Shown in pieces: positions 36,619 to 47,289 of a stretch of 64,000 bases of DNA (the first letter of the stretch is position 1; each line of letters starts with the position of its first letter). The DNA is from an uncultured Flavobacterium sp. (GTDB taxonomy: Bacteria; Bacteroidota; Bacteroidia; Flavobacteriales; Flavobacteriaceae): positions 1,925 to 65,924 of the forward strand of contig CAZMHK010000001.1 of NCBI GenBank assembly GCA_964566045.1, read 5' to 3'. Both the position numbers and the translations under genes were made by a program. The notes under the pieces are model-generated. The model was not told where the DNA came from. It did no database searches and saw nothing but the letters and a program-made list of their open reading frames with translations.

Positions 36619-37038
36619 TCAAATTCGGAAAACCTCAAAAACTATGTAAAGAGGATTATAAGAAGGAAAGTAAAATGGCTCTTTAACTTTCGCGATAGAG
36701 TCGTTGGTATAATTGCGTAAAGCTAATTCAAACTGCTTGTGGTAATAGGAAACGAATGCTGTTGCTTTTTCTATACTTTTTTTAGCAACATTTGTTTCTG
36801 TCTCTTCTTGCTGATTATCATCACTTACAATGATCCTATTCGAATAAAAATCTTTTACAGGATTTGTAATTGTAGCTTGAAAAGTAAACGGAGCATTTAC
36901 TTCAATCTGTGATTTAACTGTAAGGTTTTGTGAGAAGGCGTTTGCAATAAGACTTACCGAGTTATGAGCAAACACGGCACTATTGCTTGCAAAAAGCAGT
37001 ATAAATAAAATGATCGTATGTAAAATTGCCTTTCTCAT
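36619..37038 (-). CDS. Hypothetical secreted protein, first gene of the RND operon
   Basis: The start is revised to MRKAILHTIILFILLFASNSAVFA (signal peptide). The longer listed start lies inside the candidate promoter. No family recognised. Confidence 0.5.
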   Translation of the reverse strand: MRKAILHTIILFILLFASNSAVFAHNSVSLIANAFSQNLTVKSQIEVNAPFTFQATITNPVKDFYSNRIIVSDDNQQEETETNVAKKSIEKATAFVSYYHKQFELALRNYTNDSIAKVKEPFYFPSYNPLYIVFEVFRI

Positions 37039-37046
37039 TATCTTTG

Positions 37047-37077
37047 CAAAACTAAATCTAGTAAAGTATTCTGGCAA
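37047..37077 (-). promoter_or_regulatory. Candidate promoter of the RND operon (TTG-N20-TAGTTTTG on the minus strand)
   Basis: -7 box at 37047..37054 and -33 at 37075..37077. The leader to the ATG at 37038 is very short. Confidence 0.4.
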
Positions 37078-37159
37078 GTATTAGGTAATAAATATTTGTT
37101 AATACAAAAAGCAACTGTAAAATCAACTCAATTAGCTCAATTACAGCTGCTTTATACAA

Positions 37160-37813
37160 CTACTTCTCTCCTTCCCATTCTGCATAAAATTGAGAAAGGA
37201 AACCTTCCATGTATTTATGACGCTGTTGTGCTATTTGTTTCCCTGTTTGGGTATTCATTTTATCTTTTAAAAGCAATAACTTTTCGTAAAAATGATTGAT
37301 GGTAGGCGAATCGTTATTTTTGTACTCCTCCTTACTCATAGCTATTTTTGGAGCAATTTCAGGGTCATAGAGCGTTCTATTCTTAAAACCGCCATAATTG
37401 AACGTTCTAGCAATTCCGATGGCGCCAATCGCATCTAAACGATCAGCATCTTGAACAATATCCAATTCTTTTGAACTAAATTTCTTTTCAAAATTACCGC
37501 CTTTGTACGAGATGTTTTCAATAATGAGCACCACATGATCAATAACATCTTGAGTCACTGCTTTCGATTCTAAATATTCTCGGGCTACTCTCGGACCTAC
37601 CGTTTCGTCTCCGTTGTGAAACTTACTATCGGCAATATCGTGTAGCAAAGCACCCAGTTGCACTACCAAAGCATCACACTCTTCTGTCTTTGCAATAAGC
37701 AAACTATTTTTGTACACGCGCTCAATATGAAACCAATCGTGGCCGCCCTCTGCATTTTGCAATTCTTGTTTTACAAAAGCAATTGTATCTGTAATTAATT
37801 GTTCTGAACTCAT
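37160..37813 (-). CDS. HD-domain metal-dependent phosphohydrolase
   Basis: HD motif LGALLHDIAD and an upstream H (DWFHIERV). The start is revised to MSSEQLI. Confidence 0.8.
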   Translation of the reverse strand: MSSEQLITDTIAFVKQELQNAEGGHDWFHIERVYKNSLLIAKTEECDALVVQLGALLHDIADSKFHNGDETVGPRVAREYLESKAVTQDVIDHVVLIIENISYKGGNFEKKFSSKELDIVQDADRLDAIGAIGIARTFNYGGFKNRTLYDPEIAPKIAMSKEEYKNNDSPTINHFYEKLLLLKDKMNTQTGKQIAQQRHKYMEGFLSQFYAEWEGEK

Positions 37814-37892
37814 TAAAATTTGGTTTAAAAAAATGCTGAACACTATCGTTTATACAATAGCATTCAACATCTTATAATTTTGTTTGACTTGA

Positions 37893-38882
37893 TTAACGCA
37901 CCAAAGCAGGCTCAACCCACTTAAAAATGTGCGATTCTTGCGGAACTACCAATCGCTCTGAAATTTTAGCCATTCTGGCTGGTAACTTCATAAGGTAGTC
38001 ACGTGCTTTCTCGGCCTCGTCAGTTAAATTTCCTATTTTATCAATTTCCCATTTGTCAATCAATTTTTGCATGATTTCAACATAATCAGCAGCCGTATAT
38101 ACCCCAATACGTTGTGCAGAATCAGAAAATTGCTCAAAAGCAGTACTTATCTTTTCACCAGACTCTCTTAAAAAATGAGCTGGCATTACAATCTTAGCTT
38201 TCATCATGTATTGAAAAGCCAACATCATTTCGCTTGGATCAATTTGGAAAATACGATTCACAAATTCGCTGTATGCATGGTGGTGACGCATTTCATCGCC
38301 AGCAATCATTTTACACATTTTAGATAGTTTGTTATCACCATATCTCTTAGCCATTTGCGCCACACGATTGTGCGATACATAGGTAGCTAACTCTTGAAAA
38401 CTGGTGTAAATAAAGTTCTTGTAAGGATCTGTACCCGTACCAATATCAAAACCGTCGTTAATTAAGTGCTGTGTAGTCATTTCAACCTCACGCATGTTTA
38501 CACGACCTGACAAGTACAAATATTTGTTTAGTAAATCACCGTGACGATTTTCTTCACCTGTCCACTGTCTGATCCATTTAGCCCAACCATTACGCTCCAC
38601 GTTATCAACACCTTCTACATCCATCAACCAAGATTCGTAGGTTGGCAAAGCTTCTTCAGTAATAGTATCACCTACAAGCGTAACCCAAAAATCGTAAGGT
38701 AAATCTTTGGCTATTTCGCGTAATTCTTTAACCTCATCAAAGAAATTATCACTTTGAGAATTAGGCAAGAAATCAGTCGGTTGCCATATTTTTTCAACAG
38801 GAATCAGGTACTGATCGACAAAGCTATCTACGTTTTTTTCCAAAAACTGCATTACTTCTAGTCGAATGTTTTTTATTGACAT
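37893..38882 (-). CDS. Soluble acyl-ACP desaturase (di-iron, plant/actinobacterial DesA type)
   Basis: Two di-iron motifs EENRHG and DEMRHH. 329 aa, collinear with stearoyl-ACP desaturase family proteins. Confidence 0.85.
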   Translation of the reverse strand: MSIKNIRLEVMQFLEKNVDSFVDQYLIPVEKIWQPTDFLPNSQSDNFFDEVKELREIAKDLPYDFWVTLVGDTITEEALPTYESWLMDVEGVDNVERNGWAKWIRQWTGEENRHGDLLNKYLYLSGRVNMREVEMTTQHLINDGFDIGTGTDPYKNFIYTSFQELATYVSHNRVAQMAKRYGDNKLSKMCKMIAGDEMRHHHAYSEFVNRIFQIDPSEMMLAFQYMMKAKIVMPAHFLRESGEKISTAFEQFSDSAQRIGVYTAADYVEIMQKLIDKWEIDKIGNLTDEAEKARDYLMKLPARMAKISERLVVPQESHIFKWVEPALVR

Positions 38883-38892
38883 TATATATAAA

Positions 38893-39627
38893 TTAAATTT
38901 TTATTCCTTGAACAACTGCTGTTTCGGTTTGTTCCATTAAATCAGCAAAGTTGTATTCGCTCACTGCTAGCGGTTTATGTATTACAAAGGTAAGGCGATT
39001 TCCTAAACCTACGGGGAAAAACCCATATTTAACTATTTTCCAAGAATTGTTTATGCTCACAGGAACTACGTAGGCTGAAGGTGCATTTTTGCACAAAATT
39101 TTCAAGCCCGTTTGAGAGAAAGCTTTGGGAACACCCGTTTTACTGCGGGTTCCTTCAGGAAAAATAACTGCTGATCGTTTGTGTTTTTCAATGTACTCTG
39201 ACAAACCTTTGATAACCGGAATGGCTTGCTTAGGGTCTTTTCTATCAATTAAAACTGATCCGCCGTGACGTAAATTATAAGAAACACTAGGAATACCGCT
39301 TCCTAGTTCCTTCTTGCTTACAAATTTACAATGAAAACGGCGTAAATACCAAATCATTGCAATAATATCATACATACTTTGGTGGTTGCACACAAAAATC
39401 AAAGGTACATTTTTCGGGATGCTCTCTACATTTTTAAAAGTATAGCGCGTTCCCATCAAATTAGTGCATTTTACCAGAAAAAAATTCAAATAATCAACAC
39501 TTTTTTTATGGGCTTGATAACCAAAAACATTGAAGCAAACCCATTGAATAGGGTGAAAAATAACCAAGGTAAGACCGAAACAAAGATAATAAATTACGGA
39601 AATAGGATAGGAAATTAGTTTTTGCAT
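38893..39627 (-). CDS. Lysophospholipid (1-acyl-glycerol-3-phosphate) acyltransferase, PlsC family
   Basis: HX4D motif NHQSMYD and FPEGTRS. The start is revised to MQKLISY. Confidence 0.8.
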   Translation of the reverse strand: MQKLISYPISVIYYLCFGLTLVIFHPIQWVCFNVFGYQAHKKSVDYLNFFLVKCTNLMGTRYTFKNVESIPKNVPLIFVCNHQSMYDIIAMIWYLRRFHCKFVSKKELGSGIPSVSYNLRHGGSVLIDRKDPKQAIPVIKGLSEYIEKHKRSAVIFPEGTRSKTGVPKAFSQTGLKILCKNAPSAYVVPVSINNSWKIVKYGFFPVGLGNRLTFVIHKPLAVSEYNFADLMEQTETAVVQGIKI

Positions 39628-39713
39628 GCTGTTACAATTTTGCGACAAAAGTAATAAATATATTTTTAGCACTATTTAAACGCAAAATAATATACTTGCT
39701 ATTGCTTAAATCG

Positions 39714-39721
39714 TAAATTTG
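39714..39721 (+). promoter_or_regulatory. Candidate -7 box (TAAATTTG) upstream of rnpA
   Basis: Exact TAnnTTTG match 34 nt upstream of the ATG. The nearest TTG is only 15 nt upstream. Confidence 0.4.
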
Positions 39722-39754
39722 CGGGTTATACTACCAATTTTTTAGTCAGCAAAA

Positions 39755-40177
39755 ATGAATTTTACCTACCCAAAATCAGAAAAATTAAAGAGCAAAATCA
39801 CTATTGAATTGTTGTTTACTGAGGGCAAATCTGTCTCAAAATATCCTTTGCGATTGGTTTACAAAGCAGGTTCATTTGGCCCAAACGACACCTCAGACGG
39901 GAAAATAAAAATGGGAGTTTCCGTTTCAAAAAAGAATTTTAAAAAAGCAGTAGATCGAAATTACTTTAAGCGCGTTTTGCGTGAAACGTACCGATTAAAC
40001 AAACACCTTTTGATTGATAATCTGGACCAACCGTATTCGTTTATGTTTTTTTACCAAACCAAAGAACGCTTGACTTATCAAGAAATCAACACAAAAACCA
40101 AACAACTGTTTGAAAAATTTGTGGCCCAAAACAGTCCGAAACCAACAACTGAAAACCAAGATAGTACTGAATTGTAA
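39755..40177 (+). CDS. rnpA: Ribonuclease P protein component
   Basis: N-terminus FTYPKSEKLKSKITIELLF plus a basic RNR-like motif (AVDRNYFKRVLRE). Confidence 0.85.
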   Translation: MNFTYPKSEKLKSKITIELLFTEGKSVSKYPLRLVYKAGSFGPNDTSDGKIKMGVSVSKKNFKKAVDRNYFKRVLRETYRLNKHLLIDNLDQPYSFMFFYQTKERLTYQEINTKTKQLFEKFVAQNSPKPTTENQDSTEL

Positions 40178-40284
40178 AAGGTTAAAGACTTTTAAAATTT
40201 CTGTTGAATGTTTCAGCTGTCAATAGCCAACTATTAAACGATTTATTGTTATTTTAGTGACTTCTAATTTACTTACACCAACCT

Positions 40285-41919
40285 ATGAACTTTCTTCAAA
40301 AAAAATTTATAATTCCAGTTGTTGCTTCCTCTTTTCTGTTTATTGGAAGTAGTTTTAAAGACGACTTTTTTGAAATAGCCAAGCAAATTGAAATTTTCAC
40401 CACTCTTTTCAAAGAATTGAACAGGAATTATGTTGACGAAACCAATCCGGGAGACTTAATGGACAAAGCCATCAAAGGAATGCTTGCCAACTTAGACCCG
40501 TACACAGTTTATTTTAATGAGCAAGATGTCGTTCGATTTAAGATCAACAATACTGGCGAGTACACTGGTATTGGTGCCATGTTGACTCGCAAAGAAGATC
40601 AATTGATTATCAAAGAATCGTACAAAGACTTTCCGGCGGATAAAGCGGGATTGCGTCCTGGTGATGCCATTATTCAAATTGGAGATGTGCTTTTAGCTGA
40701 TTTTAAAGATGATGCTTCGCAACTTTTAAAAGGTGCCAAAAACACCAAAATAGCCATAAAATACCTCCGCCAAGGAAAAACAAACACAACAGAAATTGTT
40801 CTGGACGAAGTTGCCATTAAATCGGTGCCGTTTTTTGCAAAAATTGACGACAAAACAGGCTATATCGTTCTGGCACATTTCAACAAAAAAGCTTCGAATG
40901 AAACTAAGGAAGCTTTGGAGCAACTTAAAGCCGAAGGCGCTGAACGCATTATTTTGGATGTTCGCGACAATCCGGGCGGTTTATTGAACGAAGCAGTTAA
41001 CATCTGTAATCTTTTTGTAGAAAAAAACGAAGTTATTGTAACTACAAAATCGAAAATAGAAAAACACAACACGACTTATAAAACCACTCAAAATCCCGTA
41101 GACACGACGATTCCTTTGGTAATTTTAGTTAACGGACGCAGTGCCTCAGCTTCTGAAATTGTTGCCGGAGCCTTGCAAGATTTAGACCGCGCCGTAGTTG
41201 TTGGTAGTCGAAGTTTTGGAAAAGGATTGGTACAGAGACCCGTTGATTTAACCTTTGGCACACAACTAAAAGTAACTATTTCTCGCTACTACACGCCTTC
41301 GGGTAGATGTATTCAAGCTTTGGATTATTCCAAAAAAGATAAAAACGGCATGGCAATTAAAACCGATGCCAAGAATTTTAACGCTTTTAAAACCCGCAAA
41401 GGGCGCACGGTATATGATGGCGGCGGTATTCAACCCGACGTAGAATTAGACGAAGCCAAATCAAGCCCAATTAGCAATGCCTTACTTCGAAATGATGGCA
41501 TTTTTAATTATGCCACTGTGTATTATTATAAAAATCCGAACTTAGGAAAGCAAATCCCTGTGATTACCGATGCGGATTATGCTGACTTTAAGCAGTTTTT
41601 AAAAGTCCAAAAATTTAATTTTGACACGGAGACTGAAATAGCTCTAAAAAACACTTTGGCTGCAGCCAAAAAAGAAAATCTAGACGAATCGATTCAAGCA
41701 GAATACCAGCAATTATTGAGCGCTTTGCAAAAGTCAGAAAATGCTTTACTAGACAAACACCAAAAAGAAATCAAGAATTTATTGCTTGACGAAATCATTA
41801 AAAGATATCAGTATCAAGAAGGTTTGTATCAGTATTACACTAAAAATAACGCTGAAATTAAGAAAGGGGTAAGCATACTCAACTCAGGAACTGAATACAA
41901 AGCCATTTTAAAAATGTAA
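40285..41919 (+). CDS. S41-family carboxy-terminal processing peptidase with PDZ domain
   Basis: PDZ region (GLRPGDAIIQIGD), catalytic Ser region NGRSASASEI and Lys region SFGKGLVQ. Confidence 0.9.
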   Translation: MNFLQKKFIIPVVASSFLFIGSSFKDDFFEIAKQIEIFTTLFKELNRNYVDETNPGDLMDKAIKGMLANLDPYTVYFNEQDVVRFKINNTGEYTGIGAMLTRKEDQLIIKESYKDFPADKAGLRPGDAIIQIGDVLLADFKDDASQLLKGAKNTKIAIKYLRQGKTNTTEIVLDEVAIKSVPFFAKIDDKTGYIVLAHFNKKASNETKEALEQLKAEGAERIILDVRDNPGGLLNEAVNICNLFVEKNEVIVTTKSKIEKHNTTYKTTQNPVDTTIPLVILVNGRSASASEIVAGALQDLDRAVVVGSRSFGKGLVQRPVDLTFGTQLKVTISRYYTPSGRCIQALDYSKKDKNGMAIKTDAKNFNAFKTRKGRTVYDGGGIQPDVELDEAKSSPISNALLRNDGIFNYATVYYYKNPNLGKQIPVITDADYADFKQFLKVQKFNFDTETEIALKNTLAAAKKENLDESIQAEYQQLLSALQKSENALLDKHQKEIKNLLLDEIIKRYQYQEGLYQYYTKNNAEIKKGVSILNSGTEYKAILKM

Positions 41920-41935
41920 TGTCGTTACCAAACGC

Positions 41936-41972
41936 AAAAAAGCCCTTTTTGAAGACAAAAAGGGCTTTTTTT
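41936..41972. terminator. Bidirectional hairpin terminator
   Basis: aaaaagcccttttt-gaagac-aaaaagggcttttttt between convergent genes. Confidence 0.8.
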
Positions 41973-42016
41973 ATGTTACTTCTTCACTTAAAACTGATAG
42001 AAAGCAATCAAGTAAA

Positions 42017-42463
42017 CTACGATCGAATCATTTCAATATGCGGAATATCATCTTCTAAATACATTTCGCTAGTTTGCACAAATCCATGACTTTCATAGAA
42101 CTTTTTCAAGTACAGTTGCGCCCCAATAGTAATTTTAGATTCGTTAAAATGTTTGGCAATTCCAGCTATGGAGTGTTGCATTAATTCGTGTCCCCATTTT
42201 CTGTCGCGGTATTGAGCTGAAACCGTTACACGACCAATAGATGCATTATCAAAAGAAATTCCGGCAGCAAACAATCTAGAATGCGCCACAATTTTACCGT
42301 CATATTTACCCAACAAGTGTAAAGCCACTTTGTCCTTACCATCTAAATCTAAGTACACACAATTTTGCTCTACTACAAAAATCTCACTTCGCAGCTGCAA
42401 TAAATCATAAAGTTCGTGTACGCTAAGAGCATCAAAAGCCTTAATTTCCCATTGAATTGTCAT
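42017..42463 (-). CDS. GNAT-family N-acetyltransferase (ElaA-like)
   Basis: 148 aa with an acetyl-CoA motif region (RVTVSAQYRDRKWGHELM). Confidence 0.8.
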   Translation of the reverse strand: MTIQWEIKAFDALSVHELYDLLQLRSEIFVVEQNCVYLDLDGKDKVALHLLGKYDGKIVAHSRLFAAGISFDNASIGRVTVSAQYRDRKWGHELMQHSIAGIAKHFNESKITIGAQLYLKKFYESHGFVQTSEMYLEDDIPHIEMIRS

Positions 42464-42500
42464 TGTATACCTTTTATTTTTTCATACAAATTAAAGCATT

Positions 42501-43481
42501 TTAACGCTTTCTTTTTACCACCCTTACTGATTTTATAATTGATTCCAATTCGTGCATTAAATCGCGTTTATCTTTTGATGGAGCGTAGCAAAAGCCTTCA
42601 ATTACCAAAAGCCTATTGTAAGCGGGATCAACAATAGCATAATTGATAAAAGGACCCGACATAAAATCATTTTTAAGTTGCCAAGTTCCTTTTGTTTCAA
42701 AGGCATTTTTACCATCTAACTGAATTTTGGCAAAATAGGGCGCATAGGCCTCCTCGGTGATCATGTTAGTATTAGGTTCTTTGCCTCTAATGTAAAGCCC
42801 TCCCACAGAATCACGTACTTTGATAATGGTTCTACTGGCATCCAATTGCATTTTTTTTCCGTTTAACGGAACTTGAGACAAGAGCAAACTGGTGTTACCG
42901 CCTATAATTTCTTTTTTTAGCCACATGAAATTTCTTTTCTGTAACACATAGGCATAGCCGGTTGGAATATCTACAGACAAATGAAATTTATTTCGAATAA
43001 GTTTTGGATCAATAAGTGACGAACGATGCTGTTTTTGAGTTTCAGCAATCTCTCCATTTTTAATTGTTTGTATTAGCAATGGAGCGTTAGTTTCGATAGA
43101 CTGAATTAAATCAGCAGCAGATTTACCTGAAATATGAAAAACATGCTGTGGTGTGGCATATTGATTCTTCTTAATCTCGAAAGCATTTTGTTGGCCCTTT
43201 TTAACAACGATAATAGCTCTAGTTGCCGTCATGAAACCTTCAAGCAACTTGGTAGGATACTGATTAATGTTAAACAAAGGCTCCTCTTGTGGCAATCCAA
43301 TAACGGGAGAAGCCAATTTATTCCGAAGACTATCGCCTACTTCACCGTTCCACAACGGATCATCAATAATAACTGAAATGGTATTTATTTTTCCTGAAGA
43401 TTGTCTCAATACCGTATTGTCTTCTTTCTTGCAAGAAAATAGAATGACAGCGAGAACAACAAATAAAAGGGCTTTTTGCAT
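42501..43481 (-). CDS. Lipoprotein of unknown function (possibly DUF4837 family)
   Basis: The start is revised to MQKALLFVVLAVILFSC (lipobox). The family assignment is from memory of flavobacterial neighbours of MltD-like genes and is not verified. Confidence 0.55.
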   Translation of the reverse strand: MQKALLFVVLAVILFSCKKEDNTVLRQSSGKINTISVIIDDPLWNGEVGDSLRNKLASPVIGLPQEEPLFNINQYPTKLLEGFMTATRAIIVVKKGQQNAFEIKKNQYATPQHVFHISGKSAADLIQSIETNAPLLIQTIKNGEIAETQKQHRSSLIDPKLIRNKFHLSVDIPTGYAYVLQKRNFMWLKKEIIGGNTSLLLSQVPLNGKKMQLDASRTIIKVRDSVGGLYIRGKEPNTNMITEEAYAPYFAKIQLDGKNAFETKGTWQLKNDFMSGPFINYAIVDPAYNRLLVIEGFCYAPSKDKRDLMHELESIIKSVRVVKRKR

Positions 43482-43526
43482 GGTATAAATACTTTTTAAA
43501 AAACCCAAATGTACACGTTAATTAGA

Positions 43527-45536
43527 TTAACCGTTAATTTTTAACTTCATTCCGGGTTTCAAATCTTCACCGCTAATACCGTTCCATTTTTTTAGATCGG
43601 AGGCAGTAACGCCAGGATATTTTTTGGCAATGCTAAATAAGGAGTCTCCTTTTTTTACATAATAATCGGAATTCGATTTCTTTGATGTAGCCGTGCTAGA
43701 CTTTGATTTAAAAGTACTTACTGTGGCTTTATCTGAAATAAGTGCCACCTCATCTTTAGCAACAATTAAATTTTTACCTGCCACAATAGTGTTGTCTTTT
43801 AACTTATTCCATTGCTTTAAATCGCTAACTGCTGTACCGAACTTTGCTGCAACACTAGCTAGATTATCTCCTTTTTGTACTACATACTCAACATCTCTTC
43901 GCTCCACAGCTTGCGCCACATCTTGTTTTGATTTTTCTGGTAGCTCCTTTGCAACTTTGAGTACAGCACCCAACTGAACGTTTTCATTATTCAAGCCATT
44001 CCAATTTTGAAGCTCAGCAACAGTAACATTGTACTTTTTTGCAATATTACCCAAATTATCTCCCTTTTGAACTAAATGTGTGGGTTCCGAATTGCCTTCA
44101 GCAATTGTGTTTTCTTTGTTATTTTTATTTGCTGTGTTAGCCACTACCGCGTGCTGTAAATGAGCTACCTTTTTGGTGATTAAGTCTTCTTTTTCATAAA
44201 CAGGACCTTCGACTCTTAAGCTTTTACCAGGAACAATTCCTGTACCTTTCAGTTTGTTCCATTGCTTAAGTTGCGCCACAGTTACATTGTATTTTGCGGC
44301 AATAGCAGCTAAATTATCTCCTCGCTGCACGCGATACAAAGGTCCTTTGGTTTGAACAACTGCTGATTGCACCGCTGCACTATCCTTAACAATTAAATTT
44401 TTAGTCAAATGCACCGGCTTTTCACGCAACTCTTTTTCATAATCAATGTAGGCGTAAATTTTATCTTCATTGGATGCGAAAATGGCAATCTTATCTTTTG
44501 GCAAACGAATAAAATGTTCTTGATCTTGATAAAAAGGAACCACATTTAACTTATACGACGGATTTAACAATTGCAATTGCGGCACTGAAACATCCAATAA
44601 AGAAGCTATTTGATTAAAACTCATTTGTTTTTTAACGCGAATAGTATCAGTTGCAAAATGTTTCACCAATGCTTTTTGAGGTACAAGACCGTGCTCTTTG
44701 TGGTATTCATATAAATACATTGTTGCTAAAAAAGCGGGAACATAACCTTGTGTTTCTTTTGGTAAATTTTTACGGATGTTCCAATAATTTTGCTGCCCTG
44801 ACGAACGTCTGATCGCTTTGGTCACATTACCAGGACCCGAGTTGTACGAAGCTAAAACCAAATCCCAATCGCCAAAAATTTTATACATGTTACTCATGTA
44901 TTGTGCGGCGGCTGCACTAGCTTTCAATGGGTCGCAACGTTCATCAATGTAAGAATCAATGTTTAAACCGTATTGTTTCCCTGTTTGATACATAAACTGC
45001 CACAAACCCGTTGCTCCCATTCTAGAAACGGCTTTTGGGTTTAATGCCGACTCTACAATGGCTAAATATTTTATTTCTAATGGAATGTTTTGTTTGGCCA
45101 ATGCTTCTTCTAGCAAAGGAAAATAGTAATCAGAAACGGCCATCAAGCGCTCAAAAGATCTTTTTCTGTTTTTTAAAAATGATTTGATTAAATTTTCGAC
45201 ACTTGCATCATAAACAATATTGAAAGGAGATTTAGCATCCATAGCAGCTAAACGTTCTTTAAGCAAATCAGTAGACAAATCATAATCAACCTTTTCATCA
45301 CTATTTGCCGTCTTTATTTCGTCAGCAATATCTTGATACAAATCTACATTGGCAAGTTCTGCTAACCACAAACTATCAGCTTTTGCAGCTGCTTTGTGTT
45401 TTACGAATGTTTTTTTGATAGAGTCTAGGTACACATTAGTACCATTATTAACCGTTTTAAAACTGGTAGCAATTTGGGCTGCAACTTGACCGGATACAAG
45501 CAATAAAAGTAATCCTATGGTGTTTTTTACATTCAT
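43527..45536 (-). CDS. Lytic murein transglycosylase (SLT domain, MltD-like) with four C-terminal LysM repeats
   Basis: SLT catalytic region AIVESALNPKAVSRMGATGLWQFM. There are four LysM repeats (e.g. YRVQRGDNLAAIAAKYNVTVAQLKQWN). The start is revised to MNVKNTIGLLLLL (signal peptide). Confidence 0.85.
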   Translation of the reverse strand: MNVKNTIGLLLLLVSGQVAAQIATSFKTVNNGTNVYLDSIKKTFVKHKAAAKADSLWLAELANVDLYQDIADEIKTANSDEKVDYDLSTDLLKERLAAMDAKSPFNIVYDASVENLIKSFLKNRKRSFERLMAVSDYYFPLLEEALAKQNIPLEIKYLAIVESALNPKAVSRMGATGLWQFMYQTGKQYGLNIDSYIDERCDPLKASAAAAQYMSNMYKIFGDWDLVLASYNSGPGNVTKAIRRSSGQQNYWNIRKNLPKETQGYVPAFLATMYLYEYHKEHGLVPQKALVKHFATDTIRVKKQMSFNQIASLLDVSVPQLQLLNPSYKLNVVPFYQDQEHFIRLPKDKIAIFASNEDKIYAYIDYEKELREKPVHLTKNLIVKDSAAVQSAVVQTKGPLYRVQRGDNLAAIAAKYNVTVAQLKQWNKLKGTGIVPGKSLRVEGPVYEKEDLITKKVAHLQHAVVANTANKNNKENTIAEGNSEPTHLVQKGDNLGNIAKKYNVTVAELQNWNGLNNENVQLGAVLKVAKELPEKSKQDVAQAVERRDVEYVVQKGDNLASVAAKFGTAVSDLKQWNKLKDNTIVAGKNLIVAKDEVALISDKATVSTFKSKSSTATSKKSNSDYYVKKGDSLFSIAKKYPGVTASDLKKWNGISGEDLKPGMKLKING

Positions 45537-45882
45537 ATTTTTGTGATCAATGACCTTTAGTTCAAACAATTATAATTTCATTTTTACAAACTTAAGCCGT
45601 TTTATCGAAAAAAAGAGTTAAATATTCTTAAAAATGCAAAGTTTTTGATTTTTATAGAGAATTTTCTCGTTTATCTACAAATTATTCAACTATTGAAATT
45701 AGAGAAAGAACATTAATTATCAAGTATCGCTCTGAACAACATAGCATTATTGAACCATTAAGAAGAAACTATTTTATACCAACTAAAATATTTTAGACAA
45801 AATAACCTTGTCATCCGCAGATAACAAGGTTATGAATAATTCAGTTTCTTAAACTAGAAATAGATTTAAAAAGCTTTTATTG

Positions 45883-47070
45883 TTATGACAAAATCGCTTC
45901 AATTCCCGGTAAGCTTTGTCCTTCGAGCATTTCAAGCATAGCCCCGCCTCCTGTAGAAACGTAACTCATTTGATCTTCAAGACCAAATTGCTTAACTGCT
46001 GATACAGAATCGCCACCTCCAACTAGTGAAAAAGCGCCGTTTTTTGTAGCTTCGGCAATGTATTTCCCTAACTCAATGGTACCATTTGCAAAGCTTTCCA
46101 TTTCAAAAACACCTAGCGGCCCGTTCCATAAAATAGTTTTAGAAGCTAAAATAACCGCTTTGAAATTTTCTAATGATTTAGGACCCGCATCCAAACCTTG
46201 CCAACCATCAGGAATTTCTTTTACATCAACAATTTGTGTATTTGCAGTATTTGAAAAAGCATCTGCAGCAACAACATCAACCGGGATATGAATTTGCACG
46301 CCTTTTTCTTTCGCTAATCGTAAAATTTCAAGTGCTAATTCCTGCTTGTCATCTTCGCAAATAGAATCACCTACTTTTCCGCCTAAGGCTTTAACAAAAG
46401 TAAAAGTCATTCCTCCGCCAATGATCATGTGATCTACTTTATCTAAAATATTTTCGATAACTGTAATTTTCGAAGACACTTTTGAACCACCAAGAACCGC
46501 TGTTACCGGTTTTTCACTGTTCTTTAAAACCTTGTTCAAACTTTCAATTTCTTTGGCTAATAACAAACCAAAGCATTTATTTTCAGGGAAAAATTGAGCA
46601 ATAATGGTAGTAGAGGCATGTGCACGGTGTGCCGTACCAAAAGCATCATTAACGTAGATGTCTCCTAAACTTGCTAGTTGTTTGGCAAAAGCAACATCTC
46701 CAGCTTCTTCTTCGCTGTGAAAGCGTAAATTTTCTAATAATAACACTTCACCTGCTTTTAAACCTGCAGCCGCAGCAGTAGCCGCCTCGCCAACGCAATC
46801 TTCAGCAAAATGAACAGGTACACCTAGAATTTCAGCAGTTGTAGCTAGGATATGTTTTAATGAATATTTTGCTTCAGCTCCTTTTGGTCTTCCTAAATGC
46901 GACATCAAAATTACGCTTCCGCCTTGAGCCAAAATGGCTTGAATAGTCGGTTTTGCAGCTTCGATACGCGTAGCATCTGTTACTTTAAAGTTTTCGTCTA
47001 AAGGCACGTTAAAATCGACACGAATTAAAGCTTTTTTAGTATTGAAATCGAAATCATTTAGTGTTTTCAT
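45883..47070 (-). CDS. pgk: Phosphoglycerate kinase
   Basis: The start is revised to [24 protein letters not shown]. Collinear with Pgk. Confidence 0.95.
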   Translation of the reverse strand: MKTLNDFDFNTKKALIRVDFNVPLDENFKVTDATRIEAAKPTIQAILAQGGSVILMSHLGRPKGAEAKYSLKHILATTAEILGVPVHFAEDCVGEAATAAAAGLKAGEVLLLENLRFHSEEEAGDVAFAKQLASLGDIYVNDAFGTAHRAHASTTIIAQFFPENKCFGLLLAKEIESLNKVLKNSEKPVTAVLGGSKVSSKITVIENILDKVDHMIIGGGMTFTFVKALGGKVGDSICEDDKQELALEILRLAKEKGVQIHIPVDVVAADAFSNTANTQIVDVKEIPDGWQGLDAGPKSLENFKAVILASKTILWNGPLGVFEMESFANGTIELGKYIAEATKNGAFSLVGGGDSVSAVKQFGLEDQMSYVSTGGGAMLEMLEGQSLPGIEAILS

Positions 47071-47106
47071 AGGTATGTAATTAGCGTTTATTAAATCAAC
47101 GAATAA

Positions 47107-47136
47107 CAAATATACTACTTTTGGGAAGGTAACAAA
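47107..47136 (-). promoter_or_regulatory. Candidate pgk promoter (TTTG-N18-TATATTTG on the minus strand)
   Basis: -7 box at 47107..47114 and -33 at 47133..47136, 37 nt upstream of the ATG at 47070. Confidence 0.55.
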
Positions 47137-47235
47137 TTGGGATAATATAAAAAAAAGACTGAGTTACTAACGAAAACGATATCATTTTTCAATTCGCTGT
47201 TCAATGTGTCATTAATCCGTTTTTAATTTCATTCC

Positions 47236-47273
47236 AAAAAAAATCCAATTGCGGCAAAACAATTGGATTTTTT
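47236..47273 (-). terminator. Hairpin terminator after sprF
   Basis: aaaatccaattg-cggcaaaa-caattggatttt flanked by an A-run and a T-run. Confidence 0.75.
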
Positions 47274-47289
47274 AACTACAAAACTAAAA

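Noticed and set aside
30665-37038. RND efflux operon plus leading hypothetical gene as a possible novel system
   Set aside because: It has the standard adaptor, pump and outer-membrane factor architecture. The extra small secreted protein is unclassified, but nothing in the sequence suggests more than an accessory or periplasmic component.
37096-37299. 67-aa plus-strand ORF
   Set aside because: It overlaps the 3' end of the HD-domain gene on the opposite strand and the intergenic region, with no support.
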